From contig JALUTT010000099.1 of the NCBI GenBank assembly GCA_027021705.1, forward strand, positions 32,001-96,000: a DNA stretch of 64,000 bases, written 5' to 3'. Under the pieces are notes generated by a model. It was given only the letters and a program-made list of their open reading frames with translations. It ran no database searches and was not told where the DNA came from. Shown here piece after piece: positions 18,745 through 29,119 of the stretch (the first letter of the stretch is position 1; every line of letters begins with the position of its first letter). The DNA comes from Anaerolineae bacterium. GTDB taxonomy: Bacteria; Chloroflexota; Anaerolineae; S140-20. A program made the position numbers and the translations under genes.

Positions 18745-21660
18745 TCATTTGAGCACCAGCGGCAGGTAGACGCGCCCCTGCGGAGCGATGGCCTTCGTGA
18801 CGTCGGTGACGGTGGCAGCCACGCTCCCGTCCGCCTGCGAGGTAGCGGTGACAACGGTCGTATCCACCGTGCCGCTGACGACGTTGGCCGGCACCACGAC
18901 GGTGACCTGCACCGTCGCCGAGGCCCCCATCCCCAAGGAAACGGGGTTGGGACCACAGCTCACCCCCCACCCCTTGCCGCTGGTGCAGGCGATGGTGAAG
19001 GTGTCCGGGCCGTTGCCCGTGTTGGTCAGCGTGTGGGCGTAGACGAGGCTCCCTCCGGCGTAGACCTGACCGCTGCGGTTGGGGGTCATCGCCACGCCGG
19101 GCACGTGGCCGGCCGTGGTGGTGTCGGTGACGGTGACCCGGACGGCGTTGTCCGCCTGGGAGGTGACGGTGACGGCGGTGCTCTCCACCGTGCCGCTGAT
19201 GGCGTTGGCCGGCACGGTGACGATGACCTTCACCGTGGCCGTCGCGCCGGGGCCGAGGGTGATGGGCGTGTTAGGCTGCACCGAGGCCCACCCCCGGCTG
19301 CTGGAAGAAGCGATGGAGAAGGTATCGGTGTAGGAGCCGGTGTTGGTCACGATGTGGGTGTAGGTGACGGTTTGGCCGGGCTTGGGGGAAGCATTCTGAC
19401 CGCCGGTCAGCGCCACGCCTACCAGCCTCCCGAAGGCGTACTTGAGGTCGCGGTTGGTCAGGTCGTAGTAGGATATGTAGATGTTGCCGGCGTCGTCGAG
19501 GGTGATGGAGGTGTACAGGCCCACGTCACCGGTGCTGTCCACCGTCTGAGTGATCCACCGGCCGCCGTCCCAGTAAGCGTACTTCAGGTCACCGTTGGTG
19601 GCATCGTAGTAACTGATATGGGGACGGTTGCTGCCGTCCAAGGCCATCGAGGCGTGTCCACCCACATCCCCGCCGCTGTCCACCGTCTGGGTGACCCACT
19701 GGCTGCTGTTCCACCGAGCATACCGGAGGTCCTTGTTACGGTAGTCATAGTAGGCGATGTGCGGGCGGTCGTTACCGTCCAGGGCCAGCGCGGTGGACTC
19801 CCTCCCTAGAAACCCACGTCCGGCGTTGTCTACCGTCTGGGTGATCCACTGGCTGCCGTCCCACCGGGCGTACCGAAGCTCGTCCTTGGCGTCGTTTAAC
19901 GAATCGTCGTAGTAGTAGCTGATGTGGGGCCGGCGGTTGCCGTCCAGGGCCAGGGAGGTATGGTAGCCCACATTCCCGCCGCTGTCCACCGTCTGGCTGA
20001 TCCACTGGCTGCCGTTCCAGTAGACGTACCTCAGGTCGTTGCCGGTATCGTCGAAGTAACTGATGTGAGGCGTGTACGGCGACGTCGGCTCCAGGGCCAG
20101 GGAGTTGTGCCAGCCGTGCTGCCAACCGCCGGCGACAGTCTGGGTGACCCATTGGGTGCCATCCCAGCGGGCAAACCCCAGACTGGCCCGGTAGCTGATG
20201 CGGGGGTAGCCGTCCCCGCCAAAGGCCAGCGACGTGTCGCCCCAGGCTCCCGTAACAGTCTGGCTAATCCAAGCCGTGCCACTCAGCGAGGCATATTTCA
20301 AGTTGAAGAGGGTGCGGTCCATATAACTGATGTGGGGAGTCCCCTGAGTGTCCAAGGCGATGGACGTGTCCCGCCCTACGTCGGCGCCCCGGTCTACCAC
20401 CTGGGTCACCCACTTCTTTTGACTGCTGTCCCAGTAGGCATATTTGAGTGCTCCCGCGCCGTCGTAGTAGCTGACGTGCATGGTGTAGGTACCCGAAGGG
20501 GCGATGGCGAAGGAGGTGTAGAGGCCGTCGTCGTCCACTTTTTCGTTGACCCATCCCAGCCCGCTTTCGTAGAACGCATGCGTCATCCAAAGGCCGTTGA
20601 AGCTTATGTGGGGGTTGTCCGCGGCATCCAAGGCGATGGAAGTCCAGGTTTTAAACTCAACGGTTGCGGCTACGGTATCCGTGATCCAGTCGCCTGCATT
20701 ACTGTCATAATAGGCATATCTCACATCATAATCAAAATCCCCCTCGTAGCGATAGCTGATGTGAGGCTTGTCGTTGCTGTCCAGGGCCAGGGAACAGTAG
20801 GCCCCTGCCGCGTTCGGGAAGGGTTGCTCGACTATCTCCGGATTCCAACTTAACACTTTGTAGGTGTAGTAGAGCGCGCCGTTCCACGAATCATAGTAGC
20901 AGATGTGGGGATCCCCGTCGCTATCTATGGCAATGGAAGAGTACATCCCCACGTCGTTGTCGCTGTGGGCGGTTTCGGTGTGCCACTGGCTGCCGTCCCA
21001 GTAGGCGTACTTCAGGTTCTTGTTGGTCACATCGTAGTAGCTGATGTGAGGGCGGCCTTGCTGATCCAGAGCGATGGAGGTGTACTGGCCCACGTCCCCA
21101 TTGTCGTCCACCGTCTGGACGGTCCACTGGCCGCCGGCGTCCCGGCGGGCGTACTTGAGGTCGCCGTTGACGGCGTCGTAGTAGCTGATGTGGACGGTGA
21201 TGGCCGTGGTGCCGGTGACGGCGATGGCGGCGTGGGAGCCGACGCCGGGGCTGGTGTCCACCGTCTCCCGGTGCCAGGTAGAGCCGTCGTAGTAGGCATA
21301 GTAGAGGCGGTCGCCGCCGTAGGCGATGTGGGGGCGGGCGTTGCCGTCCAGCGCCAGGCTGCGGTCGGTCATATCGGCGAAGTACTTGGGCGCGTCCACC
21401 GCCCGCACCGTCCAGACCCGTTTGGAAGCGCTCACCACGGAAGAGGAGGAGGCCGCGGCCCTGGAAGGACCGGTCGCGTTGCCCGGGGAGACGGCACGCA
21501 GGCGGGCATTCCCCTCGAGTTGAGGTGAAGCGGGCAGGCGCTCATGGGCCAGCGCCCGGCTGCTTCCCCACACCAATGCCAGCGCCCCCACCGTGATCGC
21601 CGTGAGCAGTAGCGCCAGGACACAGGCAAACAAAAGCCGTTTCCACCTCGTTGTGTTCAT
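18745..21660 (-). CDS. Secreted beta-propeller repeat protein with two C-terminal Ig-like domains and YLPLVLK tail
   Basis: Signal peptide; 14 repeats of W.TQTVD..G.VG..TS.ALD..G.PHISYYD....L.YA; ends RVYLPLVLK. Confidence 0.85.
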   Translation of the reverse strand: MNTTRWKRLLFACVLALLLTAITVGALALVWGSSRALAHERLPASPQLEGNARLRAVSPGNATGPSRAAASSSSVVSASKRVWTVRAVDAPKYFADMTDRSLALDGNARPHIAYGGDRLYYAYYDGSTWHRETVDTSPGVGSHAAIAVTGTTAITVHISYYDAVNGDLKYARRDAGGQWTVQTVDDNGDVGQYTSIALDQQGRPHISYYDVTNKNLKYAYWDGSQWHTETAHSDNDVGMYSSIAIDSDGDPHICYYDSWNGALYYTYKVLSWNPEIVEQPFPNAAGAYCSLALDSNDKPHISYRYEGDFDYDVRYAYYDSNAGDWITDTVAATVEFKTWTSIALDAADNPHISFNGLWMTHAFYESGLGWVNEKVDDDGLYTSFAIAPSGTYTMHVSYYDGAGALKYAYWDSSQKKWVTQVVDRGADVGRDTSIALDTQGTPHISYMDRTLFNLKYASLSGTAWISQTVTGAWGDTSLAFGGDGYPRISYRASLGFARWDGTQWVTQTVAGGWQHGWHNSLALEPTSPYTPHISYFDDTGNDLRYVYWNGSQWISQTVDSGGNVGYHTSLALDGNRRPHISYYYDDSLNDAKDELRYARWDGSQWITQTVDNAGRGFLGRESTALALDGNDRPHIAYYDYRNKDLRYARWNSSQWVTQTVDSGGDVGGHASMALDGSNRPHISYYDATNGDLKYAYWDGGRWITQTVDSTGDVGLYTSITLDDAGNIYISYYDLTNRDLKYAFGRLVGVALTGGQNASPKPGQTVTYTHIVTNTGSYTDTFSIASSSSRGWASVQPNTPITLGPGATATVKVIVTVPANAISGTVESTAVTVTSQADNAVRVTVTDTTTAGHVPGVAMTPNRSGQVYAGGSLVYAHTLTNTGNGPDTFTIACTSGKGWGVSCGPNPVSLGMGASATVQVTVVVPANVVSGTVDTTVVTATSQADGSVAATVTDVTKAIAPQGRVYLPLVLK

Positions 21661-21845
21661 TGCTGCTGACCTCCTTTGTGCTCAGAGAGGATGACCTTCC
21701 CGGCAATGATCACCACCTTCTATTGTCTCCGTGCCAACAAGTCCTCAAGGGAGAACAGGAACGGCTCCCCATCAAATCTGAAAAGTCTCATCGCCTATTC
21801 ACCTCCTAACATTACAACCGTCACTCAAGCGAGCACGAACCGAAG

Positions 21846-22175
21846 TCAGCGCGGAACCGTTTTGGAAAAAGCGTGGATCACCACCACACCGGCGATGATT
21901 AGAACCATCCCAACAACAGCAGGTAGGTCCGGGACCTCCCGGTAGAGTACAGCGCCGGCGACGGCGATCAACACGATCCCTAGCCCACTCCACACCGCAT
22001 AGGCAACCCCCACAGGGATGTACTTGAGCACCAAGGTCAGGAAGTAGAAAGCCGTGCCGTATCCGACGACGACCAGCAAGCTCGGTACCGGGCGGGTAAA
22101 GCGTTCCGAGGCCTTCAGCGCACTCGTTGCGGCCGTCTCGGCGATGATCGCGATGATCAGATAGAGATATGCCAT
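21846..22175 (-). CDS. SMR family multidrug efflux transporter (EmrE/QacE-like)
   Basis: MAYLYLIIAIIAE (membrane Glu), KASERFT, VAYAVWSGLG; 109 aa. Confidence 0.92.
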   Translation of the reverse strand: MAYLYLIIAIIAETAATSALKASERFTRPVPSLLVVVGYGTAFYFLTLVLKYIPVGVAYAVWSGLGIVLIAVAGAVLYREVPDLPAVVGMVLIIAGVVVIHAFSKTVPR

Positions 22176-22621
22176 CCTAAAGCCCCTTCCTCCCCCGGCG
22201 GCTCGTCCGTACTCCCTCGCTCCCAAGTCCCCTGCACCCCCCATCCTCTTCCTTCGTCCAGCAGATCAATCCGCCACAGCACGACCCGGACGACGACGTA
22301 GAGGTCTTGGAGAGGCCGGCCAACCCCTCGCGCCAACGCCCACTCGGCCCAGTCGGGCCTAGGGAGAATCCGCGCACGGCCCCAACAGCGCAGCCAACGC
22401 AGCGGCTCTTCAACATCCGGCACCACGAGGGCCACCCGGGGGTCCTGCTCCAGGTAGTAGACCAGATCGCTCCAACGAGGCAGCAGGCAATCCACCTCCA
22501 ACCCGTGGTTACGGTAGCGGACCAGCGCGGCCCGCCCGCCCTCCGGGCTCGCCACGCTGAGGACGCAGGTCCGGTGGGCGGCAAGATAGGCCACAACCTG
22601 GTCTCGCAACTCCTCCAGCAT
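22157..22621 (-). CDS. Pyridoxamine 5'-phosphate oxidase-like (split barrel) protein
   Basis: YLAAHRTCVLS...LEQDPRVALV pattern. Confidence 0.55.
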   Translation of the reverse strand: MLEELRDQVVAYLAAHRTCVLSVASPEGGRAALVRYRNHGLEVDCLLPRWSDLVYYLEQDPRVALVVPDVEEPLRWLRCWGRARILPRPDWAEWALARGVGRPLQDLYVVVRVVLWRIDLLDEGRGWGVQGTWERGSTDEPPGEEGALGWHISI

Positions 22622-22696
22622 AGCGGCAGACTTTCCCCGAAGGCGAACGGTCGGATCAGAGCAACCAGACTATACGACATCCCAGGGGGGAGTGTC

Positions 22697-22714
22697 ATCC
22701 CCCAGTTGGGGGAT
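22697..22714. promoter_or_regulatory. Palindrome ATCCCCCA-GT-TGGGGGAT, candidate LuxR/MalT-type operator
   Basis: Perfect 8-2-8 inverted repeat between the MalT-like gene and the downstream PPOX/SMR genes. Confidence 0.5.
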
Positions 22715-22751
22715 TCGATGGAGAAGAGAAGGGGGATTTTTCACAGGGAGG

Positions 22752-25448
22752 CTACTGCTGAGTCGGGGGGAGGATGCCCAGCTCGCGGGCGCGGACGGCT
22801 GCCTGAACGCGGGAGTCCACGTCCAGCTTGTGCAGGATATGGGAGACGTGGCTCTTGACCGTCTCCGGGCTGATGACGAGCTGTTGGGCGATGGCCCGGT
22901 TGCTGGCCCCCGTAGCGATGAGGCGCAGGACCTCAAGCTCGCGGGGCGTGAGCAGGTGATGGGCCTCCAGGGAGTGGGCCGGCCGATGGCGGTCCTCGGC
23001 CCCAAACAAGTCCAACAGCGAGGCAACGAAAGATTTTTGGAGGCCCCGTTCCATAGCCAACCGGAGCAAGGGGACCACCAAGGCCCCTTCCTTCAGGATG
23101 AGGCCCGGAGCCCGCTGTGCTTTGCTCTGGGCCAGCAAGGGGGCCCAACGGTCCAGCGCCGCCGAGGGATGGCCCCGCTCCAACAGGAGGCGGGCCAAGA
23201 GCGTCTGGGGGCTGCCGAAGAAGACGAGGGCAGGCTTTCCCTCCCCTTGCCGAACCGCTTGGCGCAGGGTGTGCTCGGCAGTCCCGTAATCTCCATCGGC
23301 CATCTCCAGCAAGCCGCGCATCATCAGGCGCAGTACCGAGGCCGAGGGGAACTCCCGCTCAACCGTCGCCGCTTCCATTCGATGATAGATCTGGCGGGCC
23401 TCCTCCAGCCGGCCTTGAAGCCAGCGGGTGCGCCCCAACAGGTAGAGGAAGCCGACGACGACCGCCTTGTCCAGGGGAGTCACCTCGATGTGGTGGAAGA
23501 GCCGCTCGAAGTAGCGGTCCGCCACGTCTTCCTCTCCTCGGATGGCGTGGACGACGGCCATCAGCGCCGCCACGTCTGTCTCCAGGAAGGGATGCCCGCC
23601 CAAGGTCTCGCTCTTGGCCAGGGCGGCCTCGCCCAGCGCCACAGTCTGCGCCAGGCGGCCCCGCCAGAAGTGGACAAAGGCCATCAACCCTTCCAGCAGC
23701 GCCCACAAGAGACCGGTCTGATCCCCCAGACGGGCCAGCGCATAGCGGTAGACCGTCTCGATCCGCTCAGGTCCGCCGGGGGGGAAGGTGGAAAAAGGGG
23801 ATAGGTAGAGGATCAGGGTGCGCAGGCAATCGGAAGCGCCGGGCGGGTGGACGAGCGCCAGGGCGGCGTCGAAGTCGGCCAGGGCCTGGGCCTGATCTCC
23901 TTGGAAGAACCTCAAGTAGGCCCGCTCCATCAACAGCTGCACCCGGGTGGATGGGGAGATGGGGCAGGCCAGCGCTTGCTCGATCAGCGCGTTGCCTTCC
24001 TCCAAATCGGCCTCCAGGAGAGCACAGGCGGCCAGATCGCCCAGGACCTCTCCACAGCCGGCCCGGTCGCCGGCGGCCTCGGCGCCTCGCAGGGCCTCGG
24101 TCAACAGCGCCCGGGCCTCCTCCGCGTTTCCCTGCTGCCAGGCGCAGACCCCCAGGAAGTAGGTCAGCCGAGGATGGGCCTCACGAACCGAGGGAGGCAG
24201 CGCCTCGATCAGGGAGGTGAGCGTGCTCAGCATCCCCTGCCACAGCAACTCCTCGCCCACCTGCTCGATGAGCCGAGCGGCTTCCTCCCCCATCGCCGCC
24301 GCCAGGTAGTGGCCGATGGCCCGGTGGGGCTGCTCCGCCTCCAGGGCCCGGGCCGCCCGCCGATGGAGTGTCGCCATCCGCTCCGGCTCCTCTCGCTCCA
24401 AGCGCCGGCGGAGGAACTGGGCGAAGAGGGCGTGGTAGCGGAAGGCGGTGCGGGCCTCGTCCAGGGCGACCATGAAGAGGCTCCGCCGGTCCAGCTCTTC
24501 CAGAATCGCCTGGGCATCGGTTCGCCCCGTCACCGCGTTGCACAGGGAGGCCGTCAGCTCCTCCAAGATGGAAGTCTCCAACAGAAAGGTGCGCACTTCC
24601 TCCTGCTGGTGCTCCAGCACTTCCTCGGCCAGGAAGTCGAAGACGTAGCGGTCCGTGTGGGCGAAGTGGGCGATGAAGGCGGCGCGGCTTGCCGACGCGG
24701 GGATGCGACCGAGGGAGTCGGCCAGCAGGCGCAGCCCCGCCGGCCAGCCCTCCGTGCGCCCCTGGAGCAGACGCAACTCCTCCCCGGAGAGCCCCAACCC
24801 CCGCTTCCCGTTGAGGAAGGCCGCCGACTCCTCCAGGGGGAAGCGCAGGTCTGGGACCCGCAGCTCCAGCATCTCCCCCTGGGCCCGCAGCCGTGCCAGG
24901 GAGAGGGGGGGATCGTGACGGGTGGCGATCACCAGGTGCATCGTCGGGGGCATGCGGTGCAGCAGGTAGTCCAGCGCCACGTAGACCATCGGCTCGGTCA
25001 CCCGGTGGAGGTCGTCCAGCACCAGGGCGAAGGGCTCCGACATCACCTCGGCGATCTCGTTGATCAGGACGCCGATAACCCGCTGCACCGGGAACCCTGG
25101 GGCGGGGAACTGGGGCAACTCCCGCAGCAGCGCGTGGACCGTTGCCCCGCAGCGGGGGTCCAGCCGCTGCAGGGCCGCGACCAGGTAGGCCAGGAAGAGC
25201 GCCGGATCGTTCTCGCCTTCATCCAGGCTCAACCAGGCCAGGGGGAGATCGGGAAACGAGGCCACCAGGTTGGTCAACAGGGTCGTCTTGCCATAACCGG
25301 CGGGGGCAGAGAGGAGGATGAGCCGATGGGAGCGCAGCCCCTCCCGCAGCCTCGCGAGCAGGCGCTCACGGAGGATCAGATCGCTCCGCAGGGCGGGCGG
25401 GTGGAGCTTGGTCTGAACCAGCCAGACGGACCGCTTCAGGGCTTCCAT
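22752..25448 (-). CDS. MalT-like STAND ATPase-TPR-LuxR transcriptional regulator
   Basis: TKLHPP, APAGYGKTT, WLSLDEGEND, LVLDDLH, RTEGWPAGL, C-terminal LuxR HTH. Confidence 0.93.
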   Translation of the reverse strand: MEALKRSVWLVQTKLHPPALRSDLILRERLLARLREGLRSHRLILLSAPAGYGKTTLLTNLVASFPDLPLAWLSLDEGENDPALFLAYLVAALQRLDPRCGATVHALLRELPQFPAPGFPVQRVIGVLINEIAEVMSEPFALVLDDLHRVTEPMVYVALDYLLHRMPPTMHLVIATRHDPPLSLARLRAQGEMLELRVPDLRFPLEESAAFLNGKRGLGLSGEELRLLQGRTEGWPAGLRLLADSLGRIPASASRAAFIAHFAHTDRYVFDFLAEEVLEHQQEEVRTFLLETSILEELTASLCNAVTGRTDAQAILEELDRRSLFMVALDEARTAFRYHALFAQFLRRRLEREEPERMATLHRRAARALEAEQPHRAIGHYLAAAMGEEAARLIEQVGEELLWQGMLSTLTSLIEALPPSVREAHPRLTYFLGVCAWQQGNAEEARALLTEALRGAEAAGDRAGCGEVLGDLAACALLEADLEEGNALIEQALACPISPSTRVQLLMERAYLRFFQGDQAQALADFDAALALVHPPGASDCLRTLILYLSPFSTFPPGGPERIETVYRYALARLGDQTGLLWALLEGLMAFVHFWRGRLAQTVALGEAALAKSETLGGHPFLETDVAALMAVVHAIRGEEDVADRYFERLFHHIEVTPLDKAVVVGFLYLLGRTRWLQGRLEEARQIYHRMEAATVEREFPSASVLRLMMRGLLEMADGDYGTAEHTLRQAVRQGEGKPALVFFGSPQTLLARLLLERGHPSAALDRWAPLLAQSKAQRAPGLILKEGALVVPLLRLAMERGLQKSFVASLLDLFGAEDRHRPAHSLEAHHLLTPRELEVLRLIATGASNRAIAQQLVISPETVKSHVSHILHKLDVDSRVQAAVRARELGILPPTQQ

Positions 25449-25624
25449 GGAGGCTATCTTTCTCGGCGGCGTTACCGACAGGCTGGAGCCATTTTATCAC
25501 ACTTCTCGGCAATTTCCAAGGCCCCTACGGGTGGAGGAAGGCCGAGGGTCCCGGCCAGCGAACGGCGGGAACAAGCGAGGAACGATGGGGGGAGGAATGC
25601 GCTCGTCCATTGTCGTGAGTCCTG

Positions 25625-27610
25625 CTACGGGGCCGGTGGCCGCTCCACCCAATAGACAAGGAAGAGCAGCCGGCCGTCGGCCGTCGAACGGAAGGCGCGG
25701 GGAGGCCCTCCCGGATAGCGGGCCTGGGCCGCGTTCAGTTCGCCGGCCCGCTCCGCCAGGAGGACGACGAGGTCGGGCGGCGGCGCGTCCGGCGGAACGG
25801 TCTGCTCGCTGTTGGCCGGCGGCACGTCCACCCCCCGCGCGTGGGGAGCCAGGAAGCGCAGTGAGCCGAAGTCAGCGTACATAAAGGGTGGGCCGTAGAA
25901 GTAAAAGACGGGCCGTCCCTCCTGGGCCGCCAGGTAGCGCCCCAACTCCGTGGCCACCTCCGCCGTCGGATTGCCGTAGACCCGGCTGGGCGTGTAGTCG
26001 AAGAAGTAGTAGCGCCCGTTGAGGAAGGTCACGACGATCAGCACCAGGACCAGGCCCCGCCGCCAGGCCCGGCGCGACCCGCCCAGCAGCCGCCGGCCCA
26101 GCGCAGCCACCCCGACGAGCCCCAAGGCGGCGAAGGTCGCCACAACGGGCGTGATGCCCAGCATCCGCATGCTGCTGGGCGGATTCTCCGTCAGCACCCA
26201 CCCCGCCAGGAGGGCCAGCCAGAACCAGAGGAGGAGGAGCTGGTAGCGCCGCTCCCGCCAGTGAACCATCGCCCAGAGCAGCCCCAGGGGGAAGAAGAGG
26301 CCGCTGAGCAGGTCCAGGAGGGGGATGCGGGCCCGGTACCAGAAGGTGGGATCGGTGGTGTAGTTGAAGGCGGTGACGGCCTTGCGGAACTGCTGCCAGA
26401 GCAGCGCGGCGGCGCTCTGGCCCGTCTTCTCCACCTCGCGGGCCAGCCAGCCCGAGGGGAAGATGCCCACCTGGTTGTAACGGGCGGTGAGGGTGTCGGG
26501 GTGGTGGACGTAGTAGAGCAACAGGGGCGAGGCGACGAGGAAGGCCACCGCCAGGAGGACGATCAGCCCCCGTCTGTGCCGGCCGAATTCGGAGTCCGTC
26601 AGGGCCTGCAGGCCGACCCAGGCCGCGCCGATGATGGGGATGATGCGGGCGCCGAAGTAGCCGTACCAGCCGGCCCCCATAGCCAGCCCGGCGAGGAGGA
26701 AGGGCCAGAGGGCGTCGTCCCGCCGCCGACGCTTCCCCAGCGCCTCGGCCAGAGGCCAGAAGGCGAGGGTGGCGAAGAAGGGGTCGGCGATCTGGTTGGA
26801 GCCCAGCCGGCTGAAGTGGAGGTGGTAGTGGTTGAAGGCGAGCAGGGCCAGGGTGACCAGGGCGATCCGGCGACCGAAGAGCTGCCGGACCAGCAGGTAG
26901 GTGAGGAGCAGGGTCGCCGTGCCGATCAGCGCCGAGAGCATGCGCAGGCCGGCCACGCTCCGCCCGAAGAGGCGGAGGGAGAGGGCCTGGGCGAAGAAGG
27001 ACATGGTGGGCACGGAGAACCAGCCGGTGGCGAAGGGGTTGCGTAGCCGGCCCTCCAGCACGTCCACCGCTGCCATCCCCTGAGTCCCTTCATCGCCCCC
27101 CAGGTTGGCCGGGATGTGCTCCAGGTCCCAGGCCCGCAGGAAGAAGCCGACCAGGACGAGAGCTAAGACCAGCCCCCACGCCGGCGAGGAGCGGAGGCCC
27201 GCCCTCGGCCGGCGGAGGCCTCCCCCCGGCACCCTGGTGACCGCCGCGATGAAGAGACCAACGCTCAGCAGCCAGAGGAGGACGACGGGGCGAAAGTCCG
27301 AGGGGGGCGGCGTCGCATTGGCCGCCCGGGCCGCCCAGACGTTCAGGACCAAGGACCAGAGGAGCGCGGCCACCCGCAGCGGATGGGCCGCCACCCAGCG
27401 GGAGAACCCCGTTGCCGGGGGACGGGGTCGGCTGGACCTGAGCCCGAGCCGCCGCCAGGCCAGGAGCAGGAGCAGCAGCCCCAGCAGGTGGAAGGCCACG
27501 CCGTCCCAGAAGTAGTCGCGTCGGTGGAAGAAGTAGACCTGGCCCAGGAGGGCCAGCGCCAGCCCTCCCAGGAGCAGCAAGCCCGTCGCCAAGCTCCCTC
27601 GACGGCTCAC
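25625..27610 (-). CDS. GT-C membrane glycosyltransferase (GT39/ArnT-like)
   Basis: Multiple TM helices; LRAWDLEHIP..GGDE; HLHFSR. Confidence 0.82.
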   Translation of the reverse strand: MSRRGSLATGLLLLGGLALALLGQVYFFHRRDYFWDGVAFHLLGLLLLLLAWRRLGLRSSRPRPPATGFSRWVAAHPLRVAALLWSLVLNVWAARAANATPPPSDFRPVVLLWLLSVGLFIAAVTRVPGGGLRRPRAGLRSSPAWGLVLALVLVGFFLRAWDLEHIPANLGGDEGTQGMAAVDVLEGRLRNPFATGWFSVPTMSFFAQALSLRLFGRSVAGLRMLSALIGTATLLLTYLLVRQLFGRRIALVTLALLAFNHYHLHFSRLGSNQIADPFFATLAFWPLAEALGKRRRRDDALWPFLLAGLAMGAGWYGYFGARIIPIIGAAWVGLQALTDSEFGRHRRGLIVLLAVAFLVASPLLLYYVHHPDTLTARYNQVGIFPSGWLAREVEKTGQSAAALLWQQFRKAVTAFNYTTDPTFWYRARIPLLDLLSGLFFPLGLLWAMVHWRERRYQLLLLWFWLALLAGWVLTENPPSSMRMLGITPVVATFAALGLVGVAALGRRLLGGSRRAWRRGLVLVLIVVTFLNGRYYFFDYTPSRVYGNPTAEVATELGRYLAAQEGRPVFYFYGPPFMYADFGSLRFLAPHARGVDVPPANSEQTVPPDAPPPDLVVLLAERAGELNAAQARYPGGPPRAFRSTADGRLLFLVYWVERPPAP

Positions 27611-28269
27611 CGACTCCCCCCCTTGAATCGCCTGACCCGCTCCTCGATCTCCGCCACGATCTCCCGCAATGCCGTCATATCCCCTTCGCCCACGTATTCG
27701 GCCAGGATGTCGAGCAACCGCTCCATATCGGGCTCGTATTCGTACACCAGCACCGCGACATCATTCTCGTACAGCCCCACCCGCACGAAGTCCCCCTGCC
27801 GATACAACGAGGGCAGCGCGTACAGCTTGAGCAACAACAGCCCTTCGACCGTCGCCAAGGGAACGCCTTGGCCCAAGAGTCGCTCCCGCCTCACGTACTC
27901 GCGTTGCACCCGCCGGAACAACGGATTGTCGGTGAGCAGGAAATCCACCCGCAACCCTTGAAACCTCCCCCGTGCGAAGTAGACATCTCGCTCAGCGATC
28001 TCGATCTCCGGCAGCCTGTCCAAATCCTCTCCGGCGATGATGAGGTCCAGATCCTGGGTGTTACGCCCCTTCACATAGTGAAGCAGCGCAACGCCGCCCA
28101 CCAAAGCATAGTCCACTTGCCGCTCTGCCAACAACGCAAAGAACCGTGTGACCGCTTCGACAGGAGAGCCCTCGACCGTTGACGGCATCGCTTCCCGACT
28201 CCAGTTCTGAGGATTGAAGAAATGCGCGTTCTGGACAACACGACCGATCTCTTCAACCGTCTTGAGCAT
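27607..28269 (-). CDS. Nucleotidyltransferase-fold hypothetical protein
   Basis: YALVGGVALLHY...RNTQDLD and LLLLKLYA motifs; AT-richer than neighbours. Confidence 0.6.
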   Translation of the reverse strand: MLKTVEEIGRVVQNAHFFNPQNWSREAMPSTVEGSPVEAVTRFFALLAERQVDYALVGGVALLHYVKGRNTQDLDLIIAGEDLDRLPEIEIAERDVYFARGRFQGLRVDFLLTDNPLFRRVQREYVRRERLLGQGVPLATVEGLLLLKLYALPSLYRQGDFVRVGLYENDVAVLVYEYEPDMERLLDILAEYVGEGDMTALREIVAEIEERVRRFKGGSR

Positions 28270-28278
28270 GGCCATCCC

Positions 28279-29070
28279 TCAGCCGGAGGTAGGTTTCCGG
28301 GCCACGAAGAAGGTGTAAGCGCCGGGGTTCGCCGGGGGTTCCTCGTAGAAGCGCCGCACCAGCCGCTCCGTCAGCCAGAGGTTGGCCCGCGAGGGCCAGA
28401 GCACCCAGCGTCCGGCGAGCTTCTTGGCCACCAGCGCCGGCAGCCCCAGGTAGTGGCCCCACTCCAGGGCCGTCAGCGCCCCCGGCGAGAAGTAGGACCA
28501 GTGGCGCTCCAGCACCAGGCCGGCCCGGGCCAGCCGCGCCTCCCAGACCGCCGGGGGATCGCAGTGGTAGTGGCGGGAGATGCGGTTGAAAAAGCGCCGA
28601 TAGCGGTCCCCCAGAGGCCGCAGCCCCACCCGGTCCAGCATCCGTCCAACGGAGAGGAAGGCGAGGAAATGCTCCCCCGGCACGCAGAAGTAAAAGGGGC
28701 CGCCGGGGCGCAGGACCCGGGCGACCTCGTTCAGGACCGCCTGGACATCGGGGATGTGTTCCAGCACCGAGTTGCTGACCACGGTGCCGAAGTGGCCATC
28801 GGGAAAGGGCATCCGGGCCCCGTCGGCCTGGACAAGGACGCGGTAGACCCGGCGGTCGTGGGCCTCGCGCAGGGGCCGCCACCAGGGGTCCAGGCCGACC
28901 TCCGGCGGCTCCGGGAAGGCCAGGGAGGCGAAGTGACCATCGCCGCAGCCCAGGTCGAGGACGGGCCGGGGGAGGGGTAGGTCGGCGTAGAAGCGGGCCT
29001 CCACGGCCCGCAGCAAAGCGCGGAAGGCCGGCACCTCTCGCAAGTGACGCCACAGTAGATCTTCGGGCAC
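28279..29070 (-). CDS. Class I SAM-dependent methyltransferase
   Basis: VLDLGCGDG, SNSVLEHIPD, RVLRPGG. Confidence 0.9.
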   Translation of the reverse strand: MPEDLLWRHLREVPAFRALLRAVEARFYADLPLPRPVLDLGCGDGHFASLAFPEPPEVGLDPWWRPLREAHDRRVYRVLVQADGARMPFPDGHFGTVVSNSVLEHIPDVQAVLNEVARVLRPGGPFYFCVPGEHFLAFLSVGRMLDRVGLRPLGDRYRRFFNRISRHYHCDPPAVWEARLARAGLVLERHWSYFSPGALTALEWGHYLGLPALVAKKLAGRWVLWPSRANLWLTERLVRRFYEEPPANPGAYTFFVARKPTSG

Positions 29071-29119
29071 TGCAGTCTATCTCCCCACGCGGTTTGACGA
29101 ACCTGTAAAGCAAGGATAG

